Source of the DNA: an uncultured Treponemataceae bacterium
GTDB taxonomy: Bacteria; Spirochaetota; Spirochaetia; Treponematales; Rectinemataceae
Length of the DNA: 54,679 nucleotides
Direction: 5' to 3'
NCBI GenBank assembly: GCA_964428265.1
Contig: CAYRXK010000002.1
Location: forward strand, 1-54,679
A model generated the notes under the pieces. That model was not told where the DNA came from and made no database searches. It saw only the letters and a program-made list of their open reading frames with translations. The translations under genes were made by a program, and so were the position numbers. This document shows, in pieces, positions 36,941-45,361 of this stretch. Numbering within the stretch: position 1 is the first letter of the stretch; the number at the start of each line of letters is the position of its first letter.

Positions 36941-38878
36941 TCAACGCCGCGACAATGCCGCGCGTACCGCCTGGAACAGCGCATCGTTGGCGAACGGTTT
37001 TTCGAGCAGGGGCCTGCCGGCCGCGAGCGATCGGTCCGTATCGGATTTTCCGGTTATGAAGAGTACCGCGCCAACCCTGCCTTCGCGGGCCAGCCGGTCG
37101 GCGAGATCGTATCCGTTCATGTAGGGCAGCGCGATATCGGCGACCAGCAGATCGAAGGCGGAATGCTCCGCAGCCAGCACCGCCTCGCCCGGATTCCTGA
37201 CCGCCACCACCGAGGCCCCGGCCCGCTCGAAAACGCGGGCCAGGCTGGCCAGCACGATATCCTCGTCTTCCGTTATCAGGATGCGCAGGCCGCGCACCAG
37301 GCTCCGGTCCGCCCTGCTGGCATCGCCACTCGCGGCACGGGCCTTCTCCGATGGCGTCGTTTCCGATGCAGGCGTTTCCGCTGGCGAGGGTACGCCGGAG
37401 ATCGCCGGCAGCCAGAGAGAGATGGTGCTGCCCTCGCCTGGTCGGGACTCTACGCCTATCGCGCCGTTCGAACGCGAGGCGATCCCGTACAGGATGGAAA
37501 GGCCGAGGCCCGTACCCCTGCCTGCGTCCTTGGTGGTGAAAAACGGCTCGAAAATGCGCGACGCCACCTCGGGCGTCATGCCTTTGCCGTTGTCCGCCAC
37601 TTCGAGCACGGCATACTTTCCCGGTTTCAGCATCCAGTCACCCACCTGACGCGCCGCATCCAGCCGCACCGAGGCGACGCGCGCGCTGATCCATGCGTTC
37701 GGCCTGTCTTCCAGGGCATCGCGGGCATTCATCACCAGATTCAGGAATACCTGGTCGATCTGGGCGGGATCGGACATTACCTTGGGCATATCGGCAGAGT
37801 ACTCGCAGGTGAACGCGATACGTTCGCCCACGAGCCGCCTGAGCATCCGCTCGGCGCCCCGCAGCGATTCGGCGGGATCCAGCGCCCGGGGGTCCTGCCG
37901 CTGCCGCCGGGAAAAGGCCAAAAGCTGCCGGGTCAGCGCGGATGCCTTTTCGGAGGCGGCCAGTATGCCATCAAGGTCTTCCAGCGCCTTGGACCCGGTA
38001 GGCAGATCCCCCTTCATAAGGGTTGCGTGCCCCATGATCGCGGTCAGGACGTTGTTGAAATCGTGGGCGACGCCCGATGCCAGCCTTCCCATGGCTTCCA
38101 TCTTGCGGGATTGGGCCACGGATTCGCGCAGCATCGTTTCCTCGGTCTGGTCCACCGCCTCGCCCGAAATGACCGCTTCGCCGGATGCGTCGTCGGGCAG
38201 GAGGCAGAGCGCGAAGATGACCCGCCGGTCGGTGCCGCCTGGGCCTCTGAGGTCCAGTTCGACAGGGCCGAACACCCCGCCCGAATCCAGTGAATGCAGG
38301 GCATCGGTCCACCGCTCCGGCATGCGCAGCAGTCCGGTGATGTCGGTGCAGTCCGAACCGAACAAGGTTTCGAAAGAATGGTTTTTCTGTCCGATGCGTC
38401 CCTTCCGGTCGCATACGAAGCGCGCGGCGATGTCGCGTTCGAAAAGGGTGCGGTAGCGGCGTTCGCTTTCGGTGAGCCGCCGATCCATGGTGCAGCGGTA
38501 CAGCGCCATGTCGACCGTGCGCAGCAGGTCCCGCTGCCCGAAGGGTTTGACGATATACCCCAGCGGGCGCGTCTTCTTGGCGCGCTCCAGGGTCGATGCT
38601 TCTTCGTGCGCGGTAAGGAACACCACGCCGGTCCTGCCCCCGAGCGCGAGCATTTCGGCGATTTCGATGCCGTCGCGGTCACCGGGAAGGTTGATGTCGA
38701 CCAGCGCGAGCGAGGGTGAGGATGCGTCATCCAGGGTGGCCGTGGCCTCGAAAAACGATACGGCATCCTCGAAAGGCCCCAAAATCCCATACCCCGCCCT
38801 TTCGAGCGTACGGGCAACATCCAGCGCAATGAGGGATTCGTTTTCGATCACCGCGATCCGGGCCATGTCGCCCATCAC
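36941..38878 (-). CDS. Hybrid sensor histidine kinase (REC-PAS-HisKA-HATPase-REC)
   Basis: About 645 aa. N-terminal receiver (IAVIENESLIALD...DINLPG), a PAS-like segment, H-box GVAHDFNNVL, N/G boxes (DNGKGM, GTGLGLS) and a C-terminal receiver (ILITEDEDIV...DIALP). Start is one of GTG 38878, ATG 38875 or ATG 38866. Confidence 0.85.
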   Translation of the reverse strand: MMGDMARIAVIENESLIALDVARTLERAGYGILGPFEDAVSFFEATATLDDASSPSLALVDINLPGDRDGIEIAEMLALGGRTGVVFLTAHEEASTLERAKKTRPLGYIVKPFGQRDLLRTVDMALYRCTMDRRLTESERRYRTLFERDIAARFVCDRKGRIGQKNHSFETLFGSDCTDITGLLRMPERWTDALHSLDSGGVFGPVELDLRGPGGTDRRVIFALCLLPDDASGEAVISGEAVDQTEETMLRESVAQSRKMEAMGRLASGVAHDFNNVLTAIMGHATLMKGDLPTGSKALEDLDGILAASEKASALTRQLLAFSRRQRQDPRALDPAESLRGAERMLRRLVGERIAFTCEYSADMPKVMSDPAQIDQVFLNLVMNARDALEDRPNAWISARVASVRLDAARQVGDWMLKPGKYAVLEVADNGKGMTPEVASRIFEPFFTTKDAGRGTGLGLSILYGIASRSNGAIGVESRPGEGSTISLWLPAISGVPSPAETPASETTPSEKARAASGDASRADRSLVRGLRILITEDEDIVLASLARVFERAGASVVAVRNPGEAVLAAEHSAFDLLVADIALPYMNGYDLADRLAREGRVGAVLFITGKSDTDRSLAAGRPLLEKPFANDALFQAVRAALSRR

Positions 38879-38898
38879 CCCCCCCCTCTCTACGGCGC

Positions 38899-40797
38899 TT
38901 ATGATGCGGGATCCGGGTTCAGCGCGGGATCCGGATTCTGCGCGGTATCCAGGTTCAGCAAGGTGCGGATGTCGGCATCTTCCAGGGTCTCGCGCTGCAG
39001 CAGGGCCTCGGCGAGGCTATCAAGACGCGCGCGTTCCTTCTGCAGGATTTCAAGCGCCCGCGAGAGCGCCTGGTCGATGAGCCCCTTGATGGCGATATCG
39101 ATGCGGTGGGCGGTATCCTCGGAATAATCCTTGTGCCGGGCGATTTCCTTGCCGATGAAGATCGGTTCGTCTTCCTGCCCATAGGCCACCGGCCCCATGT
39201 CGTCGCTCATGCCCCATTCGCAGACCATGCGCCGCGCGAAATCGGTGGCCTGCCGGATGTCCTGCGAAGCGCCGGTGGTGGTGTCGTTGTAGACGATCTT
39301 TTCCGCGGCATAGCCGCCGTACATGATCACCATGCGGTCGATCAGCCATCCGCGCGAACGCGAGTAATAATCCTTTTCAGGCAACGACAGCGCCAGGCCG
39401 AGCGCGCGCCCGCGCGGGACGATGGTGACTTTGTGCAGCGGGTCGGCGTTCTTCAGGAAATAATGCAGCAGGGCATGGCCGGACTCGTGCACGGCGGTGG
39501 CCTTGCGCTCGTCCTCGTCTATCACCATGCTCTTCCGGGCGACACCCATCTGCACCTTGTCCCGGGCGTCCTCGAAATCTTCCATCATGACCGTGGTGCG
39601 GTCCTTGCGTATGGCGAAAAGGGCCGCCTCGTTCACCAGGTTCGCCAGATCAGCGCCCGAGGTGCCCGGCGTGGCCTTGGCCAGCCGTTTCGTATCCACC
39701 CCCTCGGCGACGGGTATGGACTTCATGTGGATGCCCAGGATGGCTTCGCGCTCCTGCACGTCCGGCATTGCCACCACGACCTGGCGGTCGAAGCGGCCGG
39801 GGCGCAGCAGCGCGGGATCCAGCACGTCCGGCCGGTTGGTGGCGGCTAGGATCATGACGCCGTCCTTGGTGTCGAAACCGTCCATTTCCACCAGCATCTG
39901 GTTCAGGGTCTGCTCGCGCTCGTCGTGTCCGCCGCCGTAGCCCGCGCCGCGGGTACGCCCCACGGCGTCCAGCTCGTCGATGAAGATGATGCAGGGCGCG
40001 CTCTTGCGGCCCTGTTCGAACAGGTCGCGCACGCGGCTGGCACCCACGCCGACGAACATCTCCACGAAATCCGAGCCCGACATGTGGAAGAAGGGCACAT
40101 TGGCCTCGCCCGCCACCGCCTTGGCGATCAGGGTCTTGCCGGTGCCGGGCATGCCGACCAGCAGCACGCCCTTGGGTATGCGCGCGCCCATTTTAACGAA
40201 TTTCTGCGGATTCTTGAGGTAGTCCACCACTTCCATGAGCTCGTACTTGGCTTCCTTCTGGCCGGCCACGTCCGCGAAGGTGACCTTCTTGCCGGGTTCC
40301 ACGTAGCGCTTGGCGCGGCTCTTGCCGAAGCTGAAGGCCTTGTTGCTGCCCTGCATCTGCCTGAGCATGATCCAGATGAGGAATACCCCGAAAAGCCAGG
40401 GAGTCAGTTCGAAGAAAATCTGCAGCGGGCTGGCACCCCTGCTGCCGCCCGATACCTTGACGCCCTTCCGGGTCAGCCGATCGAGAAGGCTCATGTCGAC
40501 ATAGGGAATCGTGGTCCTGAACTGCGACTGGGCGCCGGTCTTGCCGACAAGGGTGCCCTCGATCGCCGACTGGTCGAGCACTTTTACCGTATCCACCTCG
40601 CCGAGGTCGAGGTGCTGCAGGAAGGCGGAATACGGTATCTCGCGCGCCTGGGGAGTGTCGTTGAACAGGAAATACGCCGAAAACAGCATGCCGAGCGCAA
40701 GGAACACCGCGAGCGCGGCCTTGTTCGCCCGGCCTGAACCTTCCGGTCTGAGGGGCGGGGTCTTTTTGGGATCAGTGCCGTTGTCGTCGTGTTCCAT
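38899..40797 (-). CDS. ftsH: ATP-dependent zinc metalloprotease FtsH
   Basis: 632 aa. Two TM, AAA+ motifs ([17 protein letters not shown]), the second region of homology and the HESGHA zinc site. Confidence 0.95.
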   Translation of the reverse strand: MEHDDNGTDPKKTPPLRPEGSGRANKAALAVFLALGMLFSAYFLFNDTPQAREIPYSAFLQHLDLGEVDTVKVLDQSAIEGTLVGKTGAQSQFRTTIPYVDMSLLDRLTRKGVKVSGGSRGASPLQIFFELTPWLFGVFLIWIMLRQMQGSNKAFSFGKSRAKRYVEPGKKVTFADVAGQKEAKYELMEVVDYLKNPQKFVKMGARIPKGVLLVGMPGTGKTLIAKAVAGEANVPFFHMSGSDFVEMFVGVGASRVRDLFEQGRKSAPCIIFIDELDAVGRTRGAGYGGGHDEREQTLNQMLVEMDGFDTKDGVMILAATNRPDVLDPALLRPGRFDRQVVVAMPDVQEREAILGIHMKSIPVAEGVDTKRLAKATPGTSGADLANLVNEAALFAIRKDRTTVMMEDFEDARDKVQMGVARKSMVIDEDERKATAVHESGHALLHYFLKNADPLHKVTIVPRGRALGLALSLPEKDYYSRSRGWLIDRMVIMYGGYAAEKIVYNDTTTGASQDIRQATDFARRMVCEWGMSDDMGPVAYGQEDEPIFIGKEIARHKDYSEDTAHRIDIAIKGLIDQALSRALEILQKERARLDSLAEALLQRETLEDADIRTLLNLDTAQNPDPALNPDPAS

Positions 40798-42259
40798 GAA
40801 AGACTGGGACTCCTTCTATTCTGAGCGCGAGGAACCGTGTCCCGGCGATCGAAACGTTCTTGCCGTCATGGCGCCTGAGCGCCTGCGTGAATCCTCTGCC
40901 CGACAGCGCCGAGGGAAGCACCGCCACGATACCGGCCGAATCCAGGACCACCGGAACGGCATCACGGGCCTCGCGGGGTATGGACCAGCCGGCGAGCAGG
41001 TCGTCTACGCGCCGGTAGCCGTCCGCGGTCATGATACGGTCGCCGGCCCGCCGCGAGCGTACCACGAGGGGAAAGGAGAATCCATCCTCCGGGATTCCCG
41101 TTTCTGCGATTTCAGCGCCCGGAGCCCGCCATTCGGCACGGAGGCGGATGCATTCCGCATGCAGGCCGCCCGCCTGGCATATCCTGAAAAAATAGCCGGA
41201 AGGAAGCGGAAAATCAAGCAAAGGCGCAAGTTCCAGACGCGTACCATCGCACTGCAGCCGCACCGATCCTCCACCCGCCGCCGCGGTCCCCTGCCCCGCG
41301 CGTGCGAGTTTCCGGATGTCCGCATCCAGGGTTTCCAGCGATCGGTACGAGGGTTTCCCGTGCGGCAGGTTCGCGAGCGCCAGTTCGAGGGCGCGAAGGC
41401 GGATGCCGAACGGTGCGGCATCGTATCGGCGCAGGTCGAGGGAAGGCCCGGCGGGCACGCGTGCGGCAAGGGGGTCTTTACCGCACGAAACCCGGGTCGA
41501 ATCCCGGCGTGCTTCCGTCGTGTCCATGAAAAGCTCTCCGGCCAGGGCATCCATCGCATCCGCGGCGGCGCGCGACTTTTCCGCGCCGGCGATGACGGAT
41601 GCCCTCCATCCGGGCACGATCCGCGTCAATGCTGGTAAAAGGCCTTCTCGCAATGCGTTGCGGCGATGCGCGACCGATTTGTTGGATGAATCGAGGGATG
41701 CCGGCAGGCCGCGGAAAAGGCGGTAGGCATCGAGCTCCGATCGCGCCAGGTCCAGCAGGGGCCGCACCAGCATGATGGGTGCGGATCGGCCATCCGCATG
41801 CAGTTGCCTGCGCCACGGCATGCCCGCGAGGCCGGCGGGCCCCGACCCGGAAAGCAGCCGCATCAGGACGGTTTCGGCCTGGTCGTCTGCGTGATGTGCC
41901 GTGGCGACGGCGCTGGCTCCGCGGCGATGCGCCATGCGCGCCAGGGCCCGGTAGCGGTATTCGCGGGCAGCGGCCTCGACGCCGATACCGGTCGCGGCGG
42001 CACGCGCCGCGATCGCTCCGCGGCGGATGCGAACGATGTCGAGCGGCACTCCGAGCGTGGCGCAGACCGAGCGCACCAGGGTGATCTCGGCGGCCAGTTC
42101 GCCTTCGGGTCGAAGGCCGTGGTCCACATATGCCGCTCGCAGACCCAAACCGGCCGCCGGCGCCACCGACGCAAGGGAAGCGAGCAGCGCGCAGGAATCG
42201 GCGCCGCCCGAGTATGCACATAGCACGAGGGCACCCGGGGAAATCCCCAGGCGCCCCAT
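40772..42259 (-). CDS. tilS: tRNA(Ile)-lysidine synthase
   Basis: 495 aa. PP-loop SGGADS near the N-terminus and a TilS C-terminal domain. 26-nt overlap with the ftsH start. Confidence 0.9.
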   Translation of the reverse strand: MGRLGISPGALVLCAYSGGADSCALLASLASVAPAAGLGLRAAYVDHGLRPEGELAAEITLVRSVCATLGVPLDIVRIRRGAIAARAAATGIGVEAAAREYRYRALARMAHRRGASAVATAHHADDQAETVLMRLLSGSGPAGLAGMPWRRQLHADGRSAPIMLVRPLLDLARSELDAYRLFRGLPASLDSSNKSVAHRRNALREGLLPALTRIVPGWRASVIAGAEKSRAAADAMDALAGELFMDTTEARRDSTRVSCGKDPLAARVPAGPSLDLRRYDAAPFGIRLRALELALANLPHGKPSYRSLETLDADIRKLARAGQGTAAAGGGSVRLQCDGTRLELAPLLDFPLPSGYFFRICQAGGLHAECIRLRAEWRAPGAEIAETGIPEDGFSFPLVVRSRRAGDRIMTADGYRRVDDLLAGWSIPREARDAVPVVLDSAGIVAVLPSALSGRGFTQALRRHDGKNVSIAGTRFLALRIEGVPVFHGTRRQRH

Positions 42260-42294
42260 GCGCGAGGAAACGACGCGTTCTACGCGATCGGCCG

Positions 42295-42936
42295 TTACTT
42301 TTTCTCCGGCTCCGCGGCAGCGGCCGGCGCGGCGGCAGCGGCGGCAGCGACCGGCGCGGCTTCGGCAGCTTCAGGAACCGCTTCGCCCCTGGCGTACTTG
42401 ACCATGGCGATGACGAGTTCGGAGCTGGAAAGCACCTTGACGCCTTCGGGGATGCTGAGGTCGCGCACGTGGATGACGCCGTTCACCTGGAGTCCGGATA
42501 CGTCCACCACGATCTTTTCGGGCAGCACGGAGGGATCGCACTCGACTTCGATTTCGTGGCCGGGATTTTCGAGCACGCCGCCGTCGCGGACGCCGGCGGG
42601 GCTGCCCTCGAGCTGGATGTGCACGCGGGCGTGCAGGGTCTTGCCCTTTACGACCTCGAGGAAATCGAGATGGATGAGGTTGAAGTTCATGGAATCGCGC
42701 TGGCGGTCCTTCACGAAGGCCTGGATGGTGCCGTCGTCGAGCTGGAGATCCAGGATGGTGGATTCCGTGATGCTGGCGAGCACCCTGGTGACATCCTTTT
42801 CGTCCACGAAGATGGCCCTGGCTTCCTTTCCGGAACCGTATACGACGGCGGGAATCTTTCCCGCGATCCTGTTCTGGCGAAGGCTCCCCTTGGTGCCGAT
42901 TTCACGGGGGGAAGCTTTGATGGCAAAATGTTCCAT
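42295..42936 (-). CDS. rplY: 50S ribosomal protein L25 / general stress protein Ctc
   Basis: 213 aa from MEHFAIKASPREIGTKGSLRQNRIAGKIPAVVYG, with an Ala-rich C-terminal tail. The longer track ORF (to 43071) runs through the tRNA-Gln gene. Confidence 0.9.
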   Translation of the reverse strand: MEHFAIKASPREIGTKGSLRQNRIAGKIPAVVYGSGKEARAIFVDEKDVTRVLASITESTILDLQLDDGTIQAFVKDRQRDSMNFNLIHLDFLEVVKGKTLHARVHIQLEGSPAGVRDGGVLENPGHEIEVECDPSVLPEKIVVDVSGLQVNGVIHVRDLSIPEGVKVLSSSELVIAMVKYARGEAVPEAAEAAPVAAAAAAAPAAAAEPEKK

Positions 42937-42970
42937 TTCGATCCACTCCTTGCGTTCGTTTCTCTCTGTA

Positions 42971-43042
42971 CTGGGACGGCAGGATTCGAACCTGCGAATG
43001 CCGGAACCAAAATCCGGAGGCTTACCGCTTGCCGACGTCCCA
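42971..43042 (-). tRNA. tRNA-Gln (anticodon UUG)
   Basis: 72-nt cloverleaf: TGGGACG acceptor, GGCAAGCGGTAAGCC D arm, anticodon loop TTTTGGT, T arm GCAGG-TTCGAAT-CCTGC. Closely resembles E. coli tRNA-Gln as I recall it. Confidence 0.9.
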
Positions 43043-43101
43043 AGGTGGTACCCCGCGCCGAACCGCGGCACCCAAGGGCGCCCGCCGCCTGTGCGCGGGG
43101 A

Positions 43102-43386
43102 TCATTCGAATTCCGGCACCCCTTCGTCGCTGGAATCCGCGGTCTCGTAGGCCTTGAGGATGCGCTCCTGCAGCCTGGTCCGGAATTCCGGGCAGATGGG
43201 ATGGGCGATATCCTTGTATTCGCCCGTTTTCGTCTTCCTGCTCGGCATGGCTATGAACACGCCGGTCTTTCCTTCTATCACCTTCACGTTGTGGACGACG
43301 AAGCATTCGTCGAAGGTGACGGTCACATAGGCCTTGAGCTTTCCTTCCGCGGGAACCTTCCGGATCCTGATGTCCGTGATTTCCAT
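43102..43386 (-). CDS. spoVG: Nucleic-acid-binding regulator SpoVG
   Basis: 94 aa; [11 protein letters not shown]...[36 protein letters not shown] is the SpoVG core. Confidence 0.95.
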   Translation of the reverse strand: MEITDIRIRKVPAEGKLKAYVTVTFDECFVVHNVKVIEGKTGVFIAMPSRKTKTGEYKDIAHPICPEFRTRLQERILKAYETADSSDEGVPEFE

Positions 43387-43431
43387 GCGTCCACACTCCT
43401 TGGTGCTGCACTGGACCTTTGCGGAGAAAGT

Positions 43432-44382
43432 CTAATCCACCTCCAGCGGACACGCAAGCGCCGCGGCCGAGTGCAGGTAGACGCGTCCGGAAGCCAGATC
43501 CGGCCAGCGGGACAGCTGGCCCGGAAGCGCTGTTTGGGCGCGGTACGCACTATCGGGATCCGGGAACAGGCCGAACACCGTTGACCCCGATCCGGAAACC
43601 ATGGCAATCCGGGCGCCGGATGCGAGCAACGCTTCGCGCACGGCGCGGTATTCCGGCCGCATGGCGTCCAGAACGGGCTGAAAGGAGTTGAAGAACCCCC
43701 AGGTTGCCGGATCGCGCGCGTAGCGCGCCTCGAGCCCGTCCGGACCTTGCAGGTCGGGAGCGGGTTCGGGATCGGCAGCTTCGCCCGCCGAACGCGCCAT
43801 ATCGAGCCTGCGGTATGCATCCGGAGTGGAACTGCCGAACGCCGGTTTTACCAGAAGAACGGTAAAATCGGTCCGGGCAGGGATTGGCTGCACTGTTTCG
43901 CCCTTTCCGGTTACCAGCGCCGCGCCCGATCCGAGGAAAAAAGGAACATCGGACCCGACCGAAGCACCGATGGCGTGAATGGTGGAGGCATCCAGTGGGG
44001 CGCCGAACAGGGCCTGCAGCGCGGCAAGTACGGCGGCCGCGTCCGCCGAACCGCCACCGAGCCCCGCCTGTACCGGTATCCGTTTTTCGACATCGATGGC
44101 AAGGCCGCTGCGCATGCCCGCGGCCACCAGATAGCGTTCTGCCGCCTTGTAGACGGTGGTGCGGGCGGGATCGCAATCGAAGTCGCCGCGCACCGTAATG
44201 CCGGGAACTGTCAAAGAGCGCACGACAAGCCGGTCATGCAGGCCGACTGCCTGAAAAATGCTTTCTATGCCATGAAATCCGTCAGCCATGGGCGCGAGGA
44301 CGCGCAGATGGAGATTGATCTTGGCGGCCGCGCGGACCCGGACGGATACGGACACAGCGCGGAACTTTACCGCGCGGGGCAC
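43432..44382 (-). CDS. ispE: 4-diphosphocytidyl-2-C-methyl-D-erythritol kinase
   Basis: 316 aa. AAKINLHLRV N-terminal motif and GHMP motif IPVQAGLGGGSADAAA. Confidence 0.9.
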   Translation of the reverse strand: MPRAVKFRAVSVSVRVRAAAKINLHLRVLAPMADGFHGIESIFQAVGLHDRLVVRSLTVPGITVRGDFDCDPARTTVYKAAERYLVAAGMRSGLAIDVEKRIPVQAGLGGGSADAAAVLAALQALFGAPLDASTIHAIGASVGSDVPFFLGSGAALVTGKGETVQPIPARTDFTVLLVKPAFGSSTPDAYRRLDMARSAGEAADPEPAPDLQGPDGLEARYARDPATWGFFNSFQPVLDAMRPEYRAVREALLASGARIAMVSGSGSTVFGLFPDPDSAYRAQTALPGQLSRWPDLASGRVYLHSAAALACPLEVD

Positions 44383-44446
44383 CCCCGTGTCAAACCCCGC
44401 TCGGATTGCCCCGCGAGGATTAGCGGGTCATGGCGCCGATTCATAG

Positions 44447-44520
44447 TTGACAGATCCGGGTATGCTCTTTAGATTTTCGTTCTGCGGCTATTGACGATGG
44501 CGTTCACTGTCATCATAGTA
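44447..44520 (+). promoter_or_regulatory. Two tandem sigma70-like promoter candidates upstream of the acidic-protein gene
   Basis: TTGACA (44447-44452), 17 nt, TAGATT (44470-44475). TTGACG (44491-44496), 17 nt, CATAGT (44514-44519). Confidence 0.35.
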
Positions 44521-44571
44521 CCCGCGTCCGGAGCATCACCGTTCCCGATTCCGCAAGGGAGGAAACATTAA

Positions 44572-44892
44572 ATGGTCCCCATTTTCGGCGAATCCGCGCC
44601 GTCCAGAGCAATGGAATTCGAACTCGTCACCCTCGCCGACGGTCCGCACGCGGGCCAGGCGGGCGTCGTGCTGAAGCCCTCCGTCCGTTTCGAGGACGGT
44701 TATGACGACGACTATGAAGACGACGGATTCGATGAAGACGAAGACGAGGACGACGACGATTTCGACGATGACTTCGACGACGACTTTGACGACGAAGACG
44801 ACGATTTCGACGACGACGACGATGATTTCGACGACGAAGACGACGACTTCGACTACGACGACGACATGGAGTTCGACGACCTGGACGAATGA
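44572..44892 (+). CDS. Hyper-acidic Asp/Phe-repeat protein, function unknown
   Basis: 106 aa. GGGAGG (44557-44562) lies 9 nt upstream of the ATG, and an in-frame TAA sits immediately upstream. GC3-rich codon choice (GAC, TTC) fits the genome, whereas the antisense frame would need rare CGT codons. By my count 51 of the last 66 residues are Asp/Glu. Confidence 0.6.
   Translation: MVPIFGESAPSRAMEFELVTLADGPHAGQAGVVLKPSVRFEDGYDDDYEDDGFDEDEDEDDDDFDDDFDDDFDDEDDDFDDDDDDFDDEDDDFDYDDDMEFDDLDE
44692..44889. repeat. Low-complexity (GAC/GAT/GAA)n tract punctuated by TTC (coding DDDF-type repeats)
   Basis: Direct reading of the sequence; irregular 12-21 nt periodicity. Confidence 0.8.
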
Positions 44893-44905
44893 AGCGTCGT
44901 ACCGT

Positions 44906-44975
44906 CGGGGCGGTTGCGGACTTCCGCCGCCCCGGAATGCAGGAAGGGCTGCCCGCCATGCGCGGACAGCCCTTC
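44906..44975. terminator. Two GC-rich hairpins between the convergent acidic-protein gene and rsfS (no U tracts)
   Basis: CGGGGCGG (44906-44913) / CCGCCCCG (44927-44934), and GAAGGGCTG (44943-44951) / CAGCCCTTC (44967-44975). Confidence 0.4.
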
Positions 44976-44977
44976 GT

Positions 44978-45361
44978 TCATTTACCGGCTTCCCGCGCAG
45001 GCGGCCCCGGCGGCGCCACCACGCTTCTGGGCGCCTTGAACCAGAGCTTTTCCAGATCGTAGAAGGCGCGGGCATCGGCGGTCATCAGGTGCACGATCAC
45101 GTCGCCCAGGTCCATCAGGATCCAGGTCTGATCCTCGCCCGCGGCGTCCGGCTTGTTCAGCGGCTTCGAGCCGACGGAGTGGCAGTACTCGTCGATATAG
45201 CGGGCAAGACCGCGGAGATGGGTGGAACTGGTGGCCGTGGCGACCACGAAATGGTCGGTCCAACCCGAAACTTCGGCCATGTCGAGCACGACGACATCCT
45301 GGCCGTTGTGCAGGGCTGCCGTCGAGGCCACGCCATACGCGAGCGCTTTGCTATCGGACAC
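44978..45361 (-). CDS. rsfS: Ribosomal silencing factor RsfS
   Basis: 127 aa from GTG 45361, with GGGAGG 4 nt upstream. Has the core DVVVLDM...TDHFVVATATSSTHLRGLA...WILMDLGDVIVHLM...FYDLEKLW. Confidence 0.85.
   Translation of the reverse strand: MSDSKALAYGVASTAALHNGQDVVVLDMAEVSGWTDHFVVATATSSTHLRGLARYIDEYCHSVGSKPLNKPDAAGEDQTWILMDLGDVIVHLMTADARAFYDLEKLWFKAPRSVVAPPGPPAREAGK

Noticed and set aside
42937-43071. N-terminal extension of the rplY ORF
   Set aside because: The extension reads straight through the tRNA-Gln gene. The canonical L25 N-terminus starts at ATG 42936.
44627-44959. Arg-rich 110-aa ORF (protamine-like) antisense to the acidic-protein gene and just downstream of rsfS
   Set aside because: It is the mirror image of the GAC repeat. 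It would be built almost entirely of CGT codons, which are disfavoured in this GC3-rich genome, and it has only a weak SD. The sense strand has a strong SD, a promoter and genome-typical codons.
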